Shown here: positions 53,454 to 64,000 of the stretch, one piece after another
Numbering within the stretch: the stretch's first letter is position 1
Layout: the number at the start of each line of letters is the position of its first letter
NCBI GenBank assembly: GCA_028534125.1
Contig: CM052816.1
Coordinates: 59,646,001-59,710,000, forward strand
Reading direction: 5' to 3'
From: Lama glama
Taxonomy: Eukaryota
DNA length: 64,000 nt
Notes under the pieces: generated by a model
What the model was told of the DNA's origin: nothing
Database searches by the model: none
What the model saw: the letters and a program-made list of their open reading frames with translations, nothing else
Translations under genes and position numbers: made by a program

Positions 53454-53895
53454 TGGTGACTGAAAAAAAAATGCACCACCGAAAAGTTGAGAATGATGTT
53501 TTATTCGGTGGATTTTCTGAGGACTTCATCCCAGAAGACAGCCTCTCATTACCCTAAGGGAGTTCTCGGAAGAGGTTAAGAGAGGAGCCAGGATATACAG
53601 GAGTTTTGCAACAGAAACCAGGTAGTAGAAACATCAAAAGATTACTGTTAATTAAAGAAAATCAGCATCTCAAGTTAATGAATTTAGTGTTTTTCTACGT
53701 ATGGGAAGATGCAAGAGGCTGGGATCACTGAGCACTGAAATCATTCCTTTGATATGCACCTTAACTATCTAGGGCCGGTATCCTGCTCTTCTCCATCCTG
53801 AAAGCCCTCAGGGTGCACAGCTGTAGATGGCTATGCTGGCTTGATGGCTGCAACAACCTTTGCTTGCTGACAGGGCAGGCGACATCCTTCATCCA
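53454..53895 (-). mobile_element. MER41-like ERV1 solo LTR
   Basis: TG...CA termini flanked by direct repeat CTCTAC (53448-53453, 53896-53901). Antisense AATAAA at 53500-53505. TATGGGAAGATGCAAG...GAAATCATTCCTTTGATATGCACC resembles artiodactyl MER41-like LTRs as I recall them. Confidence 0.8.
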
Positions 53896-54589
53896 CTCTA
53901 CCTTGCTATGAACTCCCGTTGCATGAATGGGTATACACCTCAACATCGGGTGATCAAAATTATAACGTAGTGACAATTTGCTTTCTAACTAGTCCCAGGA
54001 ATATTACCACCATCTGGTATTCTGTTTTTTACTTGTTCTCTCTTATATTGACTCCTTGATTACAGACAGAAGTTACAGTTCTTCCTAAATATAAATAGTT
54101 TAAATTTAAAATAGTTAAAAAATAATAACCCAGAATAAATATATACCCCAGAATTATTTGATAGAAAACTTATTTATATATTTATCTTTCCTATGTGGGA
54201 AAACATGTTAGAAAGAAGCCCTTACACTTCAGGATTAGTGGCAGTGCTATAATTACATATACTATTACAATAAGGATTATAGTGATTGCCAATACTTCAG
54301 AGTTTATACTTTCAGCTCCTTGTTGGTCTTAATGGAACCATGCAGTCATATACAAAAGGAAAACACAATGTTGGAGTTATAGTATCAAATTAAGCATTTG
54401 AATTCTCCTCAAGGAAATACATGTTAAACAGGACCTGATGTTTTGAAAGTGGTGTAACTATCGTTGGGCAGTAGTCAGGGGGAGAGAGTCAAGGCATTAG
54501 TCACCTGTAATCATTGCTAGGGAGCCGCCCACATGCCCAGAGAATCACTTGACCTCTTACACGACAGGCTAACCACATTTTTTGTCTGA

Positions 54590-54990
54590 CCAATGTGGCA
54601 GAAATCTACAAAGCATTCACCACTCTCACATGCACTTTCTCCTGGGCACATAGCGCTACTATATATATCCCAGCCTTCCTTGAAGCTCGGTGTCACCTTG
54701 TGACTGAATTCTTGCCAACATAATGCAGACAGAATTGACACAGACCACATTCAGTTCAGGACTGGCACAATCACACCTCCCCTCTCGCCCCTATTCTCCC
54801 TTTCCCAGTTGGCTGGATGGAAGCAAAGGACTCTGAACTGTGGATTGAAGGAGTTACAAGACAGAAGGAGACGGGTCCCTGCATCACTCCTCAAAGAACT
54901 ATTTACTAAATATCTGCATTTATCAGCTAGCGAAAAAACTTCAGTTTCTCTAAAGCTACTAAGCTGTTGGGGATTTAGGAGGTAAAGTTA
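54590..54990 (+). mobile_element. MLT1-type MaLR LTR
   Basis: TCCCAGCCTTCCTTGAAG...TGTGACTGAATTCTTGCCAA...ACAAGACAGAAGGAGACGGGTCCCTG. Confidence 0.7.
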
Positions 54991-55559
54991 CCATATACAC
55001 GATTATCCGAGTAATATGTTCGTTTTTTCAGCACTATCTTCCATGAAGTGACAAGACATCATTCCTGAAGGGGTCAACCTCCTTGTCTTTCACTTTCCCT
55101 CCTCTACCACTTCCTCTTCCTCCTCACTGGGCAAGTATTTGTTGTCCTCTACACTCAGTATGTATTTAAATTCTCTGTATCTTTGTAAATTCGTTTACCT
55201 CTGCCTGGGGTGCCTTTCCTTGCCTACCCATTCCAAAAGAAAAACTCCTTTCTTCTCTCAAGAAACAATTTAAGTATCACTTCATCACTAAAGCCACTCA
55301 GATGTCCTCCTTCTTTGCGTCTCCCTTCATCCATCCCTTTATCCACCTAACCATTCAAGCATTGACAGTACCTGATGTATCAGGCCCCAAGCAGTGGAGA
55401 CTCCCAGACAAGCGATGTTCTCTCTTTCCACAGGGAACAGGGTCCAGTTTGAGAAGAGAGACTTATTAAGTCAATACTTACTATACAATGGACAAAGGCA
55501 AAACTACAGAGAAATATTTGGACCTGCAAGAGCCAGAAGAGGGCTTTGTGCATATTGTT

Positions 55560-55856
55560 CCCTCCCCTGGAACATGCCTTCCCAAATCTGTGCACAACCG
55601 TGCCCTCCTCTACCTTCAGTGTCAGGGGTTCTCTCAGAACCTCAGGCTTATTTTCTTCATATCAATGATCATCAACTATCTCTCTTTTATTTGTTGGCTT
55701 ATTTGTTTTTGTTCCTCGTGTGTCTCCCTCATTAGGGTGTAAGAATTCCCAGCATAGGATGCAACATTTCTTTTCACTGTCGTCTCTCTAGATCTGGCCT
55801 AGCAACTGGTGCATTGTAGTTGCTTAATAAATGCTTATTAAATGAATGAGTGAATG
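55560..55856 (+). mobile_element. L2 3' end
   Basis: TGTCTCCCTCATTAGGGTGTAAG...CCTAGCAACTGGTG...TGCTTAATAAATGCTTATTAAATGAATGAGTGAATG. Confidence 0.75.
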
Positions 55857-56199
55857 TGCAGAACCTGTCTGCCTGGGGATGGGCTGTTAGGAAGAGTTTC
55901 CTGAAGGAGCTGATGTCTGATCCACATTTTAAAGGATAAGTAGGAAATGGCTTAGAAAATGGAAAAAGGGAGATTCCTGGCAGAGAGTACAAGTATAAAT
56001 AAGAACCTAAAACATGGCCTGATTGTGGGAAAATGTAAGGAATAGAACATGGCTAGGGCAAAAGTGGTAAGAGTAGTGGATAAGGCTGAAAAAGAAACAA
56101 AACAGCAGGCTTCATCTTCATTCATCCAGCAAGCACTTCCTCTGAATCTTAAAGTATTTCACACATAACACTTATGACACCATGTTATTCTATTATTCC

Positions 56200-56325
56200 T
56201 TTTTTTTCATTTGTTTTTGTTTTGGGGGAGGTAATTAGGTATTCATTTTATGGAGGTACTGGGGATTGAACCCGTGACCTTATGCATGCTAGGTGCGCTC
56301 TCTACCACTCAGCTATGCCTTCCCC
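56200..56325 (-). mobile_element. tRNA-Ala-derived SINE (camelid Vic-1-like)
   Basis: Minus strand reads GGGGAAGGCATAGCTGAGTGGTAGAG...TAGCATGCATAAGGTCACGGGTTCAATCCCCAGTACCTCCA (A box, B box, tRNA-Ala-like head), then CCTAATTACCTCCCCC and an A-rich tail. Confidence 0.88.
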
Positions 56326-56846
56326 AGTTTCTACCATGGCTGTGGCCTTGATGGGCGGGAGCTGGTTCTTACTCACCTTGTGCCCCAGCTCCCAACTTTA
56401 ACATCTATGTACATGGTAGGCAGTTGAGAAGGATTAATTAGACTATTTCTGGCTATTCTTCAAACAAACAGGCAATACCGAACGTAAATTATAATAGAAT
56501 CAATATTTATGCTAACAAAAACGGCAGTGGGAGAGGAGGAAAAGGCTTGATGATGTCCTTTCGCTCTCCTGAGGTCAGAGTGGGACTTGTTATTGGTGTC
56601 CCTTCTTCCCACAAAACAAAGAACAAGACTGAAGTTGATAAAGTATCAAATGTAAAACAGACTTGAGCTGAGCCCCAGCAGATCCTTACTCAGACCTTGT
56701 GTGCGTTAAGAGATAAGTTAAGAGATACTAATGTTGTTAAGGAAAACAACTGAATCTGAAAATGGCCTGGTTTTGCTTTCAAGAAAAGAAACAAACACAC
56801 ACAGCATACAGCCGGGTCCTTAGGGAGAAAGACAAACGGAAGCTAT

Positions 56847-56860
56847 ATTTGCATAACAAA
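56847..56860 (-). promoter_or_regulatory. Sox-Oct composite motif (candidate)
   Basis: ATTTGCATAACAAA is TTTGTTATGCAAAT on the minus strand. The motif is visible; function is untested. Confidence 0.4.
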
Positions 56861-57310
56861 CCTCAAAACTTAGGAAACAAACACCCTAGAAACTTTTTTA
56901 AAAGACTCCTTCCACTCCTCTGATTGTAAAACTATGTGCTCAGTGTCAAGTATTGGGATGAAAGAAAAACTTTGCAAATGCTACTAACTGGCGATAAGTG
57001 GTTAACTCTTAGTGTGTATCCTTCCAGGTAGTTTTAAACACACGCATATAATGAACACTTACAAGTACACATGTATTTTATAATACACACGCTATTTTAA
57101 AATCACTTTTGTCTTAGTATCTCAGATATTTTTCAGATTACTGACTGAATATAAACAATTTCTTACAAGTTTGCACAGGATACCATCCACTATATGAATA
57201 CTTAATTTATAAATATTTATACATTCTTTAACACATAACTTATTGGTAGGTCAACCAGTCAATCAACAACTTTTGATGGAGTCTCACTCAGTGCCGGTGA
57301 CTGTTCTGTA

Positions 57311-57365
57311 CAAGGAAGCAAACAAAGCTCGTGTCTGGCGCCTTAGACCACTTGGCCACCCTGAC
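57311..57365 (-). pseudogene. 5'-half tRNA-Leu(CAA) pseudogene (tailless retropseudogene-like)
   Basis: Minus strand GTCAGGGTGGCCAAGTGGTCTAAGGCGCCAGACACGAG (57365-57328) matches 34/38 nt of mammalian tRNA-Leu-CAA exon 1 as recalled (GTCAGGATGGCCGAGTGGTCTAAGGCGCCAGACTCAAG). No T-arm or B box follows. Confidence 0.85.
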
Positions 57366-57519
57366 ACTCCCAATAACTGTTTTTACTGACCATATACCAG
57401 TGGAGGCCTGGTCCTCAAATTACTCACTAAAACTTAACTGGGAGATGGGGACAGAAAATAAACACATAGATAAATAAAATAAATAAGCCATCCATTCCAG
57501 GTACTGATGAGAACATAGA

Positions 57520-58720
57520 GAAGACAAAAAACAATCATATGCTAAAGAGTGACTAGAGTGACTACAATTTCTGGTAACATGGTAGACTAGCCTGAAAACA
57601 GCATTTTTGAAATACCCCAACATATATACACAGTTTGGAAAGAATACCGATTTTTTTTTTCTTTTGGAATGTACAGCCACGAAAGCAGCAAGGAGGTAAC
57701 GAGACACCCTAGAGACCAAGTATAAAAGGTAAGCAATGATTTGGAACAGCACTCAACACTGCCTCTCCCTGAGGCCCTCCACCCACATGGCGTTTTAACG
57801 GCTTTGGGGTCAGACAGAGGAGACAGAGACAGCGGAGCCTCTGCAAGCAGGAGCATGAGAATTGAGAAGTTGCACAAACTCAAGGCCCCTCAGGTACTAC
57901 CCACGCAGTGAAAGGTCGGGACAGAAGACATTCCACCTACCTTCCGAAGGAGGTGAGGAGAGAACTACTGTCCTGGTTTCCAGTCCGGGAGGAAGCAAAA
58001 AGATGGCCTCTCCGGAGACTTCCTCCCACAGCCCTGCCCTTGTGTAGGTCTGAGGGTTAAATTGATACCACCTGTGTGATCTGGGAAACACCTAAATGGA
58101 GAAATTAACACAGGCTGCTCAGTGCCTTCACCTGGCCACAGCCAAAGAAACCCCCTGCTGAGTCTGAATTGAAGTGCTTTTTGAATTCAGACAGATTGCC
58201 TAAGGTGCTCAAAGAAAATACTGACAAACATATAGGAAACCAAGCCCCCTTAGAGTGAGATATGTGGAATTCAAGAGGCATTTACAACTTTAAATGCTCA
58301 CAGAAGAAATGGAAAAGCATTGATAAAGATCTAAGCAACAGTTTTAGAATTGGGAGTGGGGAGAAAATGTAAGAAGGAAGACATAAAACAAACCATAGAA
58401 ATAAATGGAAAACAAAGATAATACCAGAAAGTTGTTTTCTAAAGGGCTAATTAAATAGACAAAACTCAGCAAGAGTGATCAACAAAAAGGAGAAAAGGTG
58501 AGAAAAATATTCTAAGTGAAAAGGGTGCAGTACTGAGGGTTGGAGATTAAAATATATTAATATCACACAATGAATTTATTTAGGCCAATTCATCTGAAAA
58601 CTTAGCGAAAATAGATAATTATCTTAAAAACCACAACTTAAAACTGATTGTAAAAAAAATAGAAAGGCTGAGTAGTTCTATAATCATTCTAGCAATTCGA
58701 TCAGTACTTAAAATTCTACC
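57520..58720 (+). mobile_element. Old L1M fragments (5' region and ORF2 remnants)
   Basis: TTTCTGGTAACATGGTAGAC start; A-rich body with AAATAGACAAAACTCAGCAAGAGTGATCAA and GAAAACTTAGCGAAAATAGATAATT...GAAAGGCTGAGTAG (ORF2-like). Confidence 0.7.
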
Positions 58721-59191
58721 TACCAAACAATGCTCACGTGCTTGGGGGCTCCCTTGTTTGGGCTCCCAGCCTCTGAAATGGTCCGTTTCAGATGAAACCT
58801 GAGTGGTGAGAAGGAGCAGCCATGTAAGGACCTGGAGAACCTTTCAGGTCTAAGGACTATCAAGTGCAAAGTATCTAAGACAGTGAGAGGGACAGCAAAA
58901 AGGCAGAAATAGATAAAAAAGGCCACCTTTCAAATATTTGTAGACGGCTAGTATTTATGGAGTTCTATCTGTGTCAGGTGAAGAGCTCAGAGCTTTATAT
59001 ACATGATTTCCAGTCCTCAAACATCCCCATTTTATAGAAGAGGTGACAGAGGCTTAGGGAGGTGAAGCCCTGTGGCCCTCAGACACAGACACGATTCCCG
59101 GATGTGAAACCAATCTGGTATCTTAAGATGAGTTTTGAACCACAGGCGCTGTGCCTAAGGGGAAAGTGCTCCAAACAAATGCCACCTGGAG

Positions 59192-59355
59192 CAATGATTC
59201 TCCCATTGTGGTCCAGCGATCAGCAGCAGCAGCAGCACCTGGGATCTCGTTAGAAATGCAAATTCTCAACCTAACCCTAGACCTACTGAGAAACTCTGGG
59301 GGTGGGGCCCAGCAACCGGCAGTGCTTCAGCAAGTCCTCTAGGTGATTCTGAACC
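59192..59355 (+). mobile_element. MER5A
   Basis: CAGCAGCACCTGGGATCTCGTTAGAAATGCAAATTCTC...AGAAACTCTGGGGGTGGGGCCCAGCAA...AGGTGATTCTGA. Confidence 0.9.
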
Positions 59356-59384
59356 TGCGGTCTAGAGCAACCAGAAAGGTAGAA

Positions 59385-59620
59385 TGCGGTCATGAAAGTG
59401 GCATGGGCTTCAGAATCAGACAAACCCAGGTTCTAGTCCCAGTTCTGCCACTTTCCAGCTATGTTATCTGTACATCACTTAAAATTGCTAAGCTCTGGGT
59501 CTTTTACCTGTAAAACAAACGGAATGATAGTACTTATGTTTGTTTTTTTGTGAGGATCCAATAAGGTCATGTAAATATTAATAAATCAATGCCTGGCTAA
59601 TAGAAAGTGCTCAGTGAACG
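59385..59620 (+). mobile_element. MIR
   Basis: GAATCAGACAAACCCAGGTTCTAGTCCCAGTTCTGCCACTTTCCAGCT...CTGTAAAA...AAGTGCTCAGTGAA. Confidence 0.8.
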
Positions 59621-62600
59621 TTCTTAATAAACACTGGCTATAATTACTGTCTCTTCCATGCCAGGAGTCTGTCTTCCCTTAACCTTTCCACAGACACTCT
59701 GCACCCTCACTATCCCCTGAAGAAGCAGAGTTGGGAGGATGGAAATATCTGGAGCCTAGAAAAGCAGCTGGAGTTAAGTACGGGTGAAAGATAGCACAGA
59801 GCTGTACTAAAGCAATGGTCGTGGCAAAGGATAGCAGTGGAGGGTTCCAGAGCTGCTTCTCTAGAAGTGTGGTCAGACCTTGGTGCCGGGTCAGATGCGG
59901 GGAAGAGCAAAGCAAAGAGTCAAAGATGAATCTGTGCCTCTAGTTTGGTTGATGTGTCAAGAGTGGTTCCAGCAGGAAAATGAATTCACAAGCAAGAATG
60001 GGTCTGGGGTTATGATAACATGTTCATATTTAGGCAAGTGAGCTGCAAGTACCTGACATGATGCACAAGTGCCATTCCACAACAGTGTGTGTATGAGAGA
60101 GGGACTAGCAAGCACTTCAATGCTAGTATGACAACCCGACATGCTTAGTCCTTTGTAACTGAAATTGCTGTTTCCTGTGGGTAGCGGTGAGGCAGAGAAC
60201 GGTGTCACCTGCAGCCAGCAGACCCTGCTGGTAATGCCACGTTCTGCTGATACCCAGCAATCATGGTCAGTGCTAATGACACAAAGAAGTGTCATTCAGG
60301 AGACAGAATCTATGGGAAGGAAAAGAAGCCATCACTAATGAGTAGGCTAATGGAACTTGATGAGCAGTGAAAATCAATGAAGCAAAAACTGCCTGCCTCA
60401 AAAAATAAATGAGGTAGGAATGGACGAGTGCCAAACCAGAGCTTATCTCAAGTCTGTGCTCCTGACTTTGCCACCCAGTGGGACAAAGTTCACATCCACT
60501 GCATATCATCCCTGCCATGGTCATGGGCCATGATCATCAGTGCACTCAATCCTATAATATTAATAATAGCACACCCATGCAGGGCCAGGTACAGTGCAAG
60601 AACAGAGCACGAAGGAAAAAGGTAGATCTAGTCCCTGCCCTCATGGAGCCATCCATTCCTATGTCAAAAATAAATTTTAGCTTCTTTAACTCATCACATA
60701 TAAATTAAACACTGCATGTTTCTTTCTCTAATCAAAACTACCACTTATAATCTTCCTCTTCATCACATCAGCATCACCATTAATATTAGATCACTCAGTA
60801 TCACCCACAAACTATTCTAGATCTCTTTAGCTGTTATAACTGTCTATCTTGAAAGATCATAATCACTGTACCCAACTATGAAACTTTATCTGTTATTCCC
60901 ATCTGCTGCCCAGATAGCACATGCTTGATCTGGGACACTTTCTACCACTTTCTCTAACCCTGGAGCACCCAAGACATCTGGAATTCAAACTGTCCTGAGC
61001 ATAACTCTCAGGCTCTTTGTGGCCAGGCTTCCTGCTAGGCCTAGGAGTGCCCTAAGGGGTGCCTGGATCCATAGGAATGAGGGCATTGGTAACCAGGATC
61101 TCCCACTCTGGCTCCCCACCAAGTGAAAAATAAACCCTTTATAAATAAATTTCCGACCAGAGGTGGATCCTTCTTTAGACACAGATCCTAAAGGATTCTG
61201 GGTTAACAGAATTGACCTAGCTGTCTCGTCTTAAGTAATGCCAGATAAAGGAGTAATCAGTGGATTTCAAGGCATATGTTCTGTTCCTGACTCCACCTCC
61301 CTGGGTCAGTCAGTGCATTTATCTGGGTCTCAGCTTTCTCACCTGAAAAAAAAGGCCACATTCAATGCAAGCCACAATATTTTAGTGTTTAGACTTCTCC
61401 ATAATTTAGCTACTCACTAAGTTCTTAAAATAAAGACAGCACGAATCAGCGCTTTACATTTTCAGGAAGGTATTTCTCCACCCAATGTGATATCCCACAT
61501 CAGTGATCCAATTTGCTTGTTTGCATCTGAAGGCTCTAGGCAAGCAGCACAAGGCTGTTGCTTTTTTATTTAACAGAAGCAGCACATCAAAGTCCTCTGC
61601 CTGCAGAGAGGTGGCTTCTGTTTAGAAGCCAAGCCCCTCTCACATTGCATTTCTCGTCCTCTATGTATTGGCTACCATGGGTCCAGGACTCAGACATTGA
61701 GCAATCTTATCTGTTGGCATCTGTGCTTCGGGGTTTCAAGGCCACCACTTCTCTTGATGACTGGCATCTGCACATGCCCAGATCTCTGTATGCCAGCCTG
61801 GATTTATGGCTCCATGTTTCAATTAAGCCATCCACTTAATGGTCCCTGGCTCCTGGAGACTCCTTACACATGTCCCAGATCCGAGAGACTGTATCCAGAC
61901 ACTTGGTTATCTCAGGCCCTGTACCTTGACCTGTACCTGTGACTCATGATGGCCCACTGTCTAGATATAATCACATAGATATAATTATACAAAATGGTAC
62001 TTGACTGGCTGGAAAAAGGTTGTTTACTCAGTTAGACACTGAAGAGAACAGACTTCAGTGATAACTACTAAAGCTGCATTCATTTCTCACTATTTATTGC
62101 ATTCTAAAAACCCTGCTAGGATAAAGGAGAGGAAAGGGTTTGAAATGGCTCTGCCTTTCTGATTAAGGACTTGCTCAAGGGAACTTGCTGTAGTTGAGAC
62201 CTCAGCATCAGGTCTAGCAGCTGCTGCCTTTATCATATGCGGCAATGTGAGTGAAATAAAATGGATGGGAACTAAACTCTGTAAGCAAGGGATATTATTT
62301 CTGTCATTTTTGGCTACCAACAAAATGCCACGAAAATTACAAAGTAATAGCTACCACTGGGAAAAAGAATAAGAAATAAAATAAACTTTTTCTGCTTCAG
62401 GAAAAGCTTTCCATTCTGTTTACTTTTACAGGGCAGTACAAGAGCTTTCTGTGGGTCTTGGCACCTGACGTCCCATAAACAATCATTTGTGTACATGAGG
62501 AACCCAAATGTGTGCTGTTCCTGGGGTCTCCATCCTTCACCTTGACAGAATCAGAGGAGTTATAATCATTTATTTTATATACATCAAGTGCCTCTTTTGT

Positions 62601-63559
62601 CAGCAAGAAATCCAGTTACATGGACAGTCTTCAAAAAAGCAGCATAAGCATTTTTAAAATTCAATCACACCTTCTGAGACTCAGCCTTTCTTGCCTTTCT
62701 CCCACTGGCCCCCAAATACACCACACAAACTTGGCAATGACCTGCCTTCTTGTTGCTCAAAGCACAGGCAGGATCCTACAGAGAGAGAAAGCTCTTGCCC
62801 AATTAAGATCGCAGTACTGTACATTCAAACCCTGTTGAAAATTTAAAAAAAGAAAAGGCCTCAGGTGGCAGTGCCACATTTAATATTAAGTTTCAAGGGC
62901 TTTTCCTACTTTGCTTCAGGGTTGAAATCTGTAGGGTCAGGACAGGACCCTGATGGGGGTAGGGGAGGGGAGGTCCTGGAGTTGTCTGTCTGGAGCCAGG
63001 AAGGGACTATAGACTGGGACAAAGACTAAACCAGGGGCAGAAGGGGAACAGTGATATAGAGAAATGATTGTAAACTCACTGATTCGGTTCAATTTAGGTT
63101 CTGATGAGTCCACAGATGAGAAAACATACTCTGAGAGTGGTGTGGCTCCCTTGGCCTGCCATTTATCTCTGCGGAGCCAGTCGCTGGTCAGTGTTTCAGA
63201 CAACTGGAGAGGGAGTTGCTTCATTAGGCCCCCAGACAATAAGAAGATGAGATTATAAGTCCCTCTAGGAGAAACAACCCTTCCTGTACTTTATTTTTGG
63301 CGTCAGTGAGGGCCCTGTAGAAAAGCCTGAATCTCCTTATTTCTAGTGTTATGTCACGTCTAGTGGTCAGCGTGGTATTCTATTTTGGAAAGGAGCAGGA
63401 AGACGAGAGGTTGAGAATAAAATGTAAATATCTTTGAAAGGGCTCTCGCCATGAGATGCTCAGACAGTTCCTAGGTGGGCTATAGTGGGTGTTTTCGTCA
63501 GTAGATGACAAGTGTCTGAACTCTATGGAAAAAAATAACAATTTTCCAGCAGGAAACTG

Positions 63560-63760
63560 TAGATTCAAATTCTGGTTCTGCCATTTTCTAGTAGCAAGAT
63601 TTTGAGCACATCCCTTAGCCTTTTGAAAGTGGATTTTGCTCATTTATTAAATAAGGATAATACATGTTTGCCTTGCCTTCTCATCTGCCATTCCAGAAGG
63701 TCAAAAGAGAAATGAAAGGGATTTGTAAATACAATGCAAAGTGTGAAATGAATCCATTCA
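63560..63760 (+). mobile_element. MIR
   Basis: GATTCAAATTCTGGTTCTGCCATTTTCTAG...AAATAAGGATAATAC. Confidence 0.6.
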
Positions 63761-64000
63761 CTCAGCAAAGATGACTTGATCAAGATGAATTAAGCAGTCT
63801 TCAGCTCTCAAAAATCAAATAACCTAATAATCATCCAATCATGTGCTTGTTTATAGGGGAGAGCACACCCACTGAGGTCTGGGGGACCAGGGGTAACTGA
63901 TAAACGATGCCAGAGAAGCAATTTTTGAAGAAAGGGCAATACAACATGTTTTCATGCCATGTCAGGTGTTTTAAACTCATCTTAAATGTGCTGCCCCAAA

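Noticed and set aside
56250..56325. Functional tRNA-Ala gene
   Set aside because: Followed by a SINE-type tail and A-rich end, with diverged stems.
57328..57365. Functional tRNA gene
   Set aside because: Only the 5' half is present, there is no B box or 3' acceptor strand, and the anticodon loop is mutated.
1..64000. CRISPR array, operon or prokaryote-type system
   Set aside because: The sequence is mammalian and repeat-rich, with no regularly spaced direct repeats and no long ORFs.

Overview
Mammalian non-coding genomic DNA (intergenic or deep intronic), most likely from a camelid. The lineage call rests on a tRNA-Ala-derived SINE at 56200-56325 that resembles the camelid Vic-1 family as I recall it. 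I recognise no host protein-coding exon. The only ORFs with recognisable protein similarity are LINE-1 ORF2 C-terminal remnants (1883-2095, 36699-37103), plus a decayed L2 reverse-transcriptase motif near 51790. A large part of the window is interspersed repeat: L1, L2, MIR, MaLR/ERVL/ERV1 solo LTRs and hAT-Charlie MITEs, several of them nested. Repeat family names come from remembered consensus motifs, and most boundaries are approximate unless a target-site duplication (TSD) is quoted. The notable observations are: a 5'-half (tailless) tRNA-Leu(CAA) retrocopy that seems to run into the tRNA intron; a MER41-like solo LTR carrying a perfect STAT GAS motif; a near-canonical Sox-Oct composite motif; a perfect 28-bp inverted repeat built from an interrupted microsatellite; two MER5 elements sharing one 8-bp target site; and weak signs of a spliced + strand transcript. 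I see no convincing evidence of a novel multi-component biological system.
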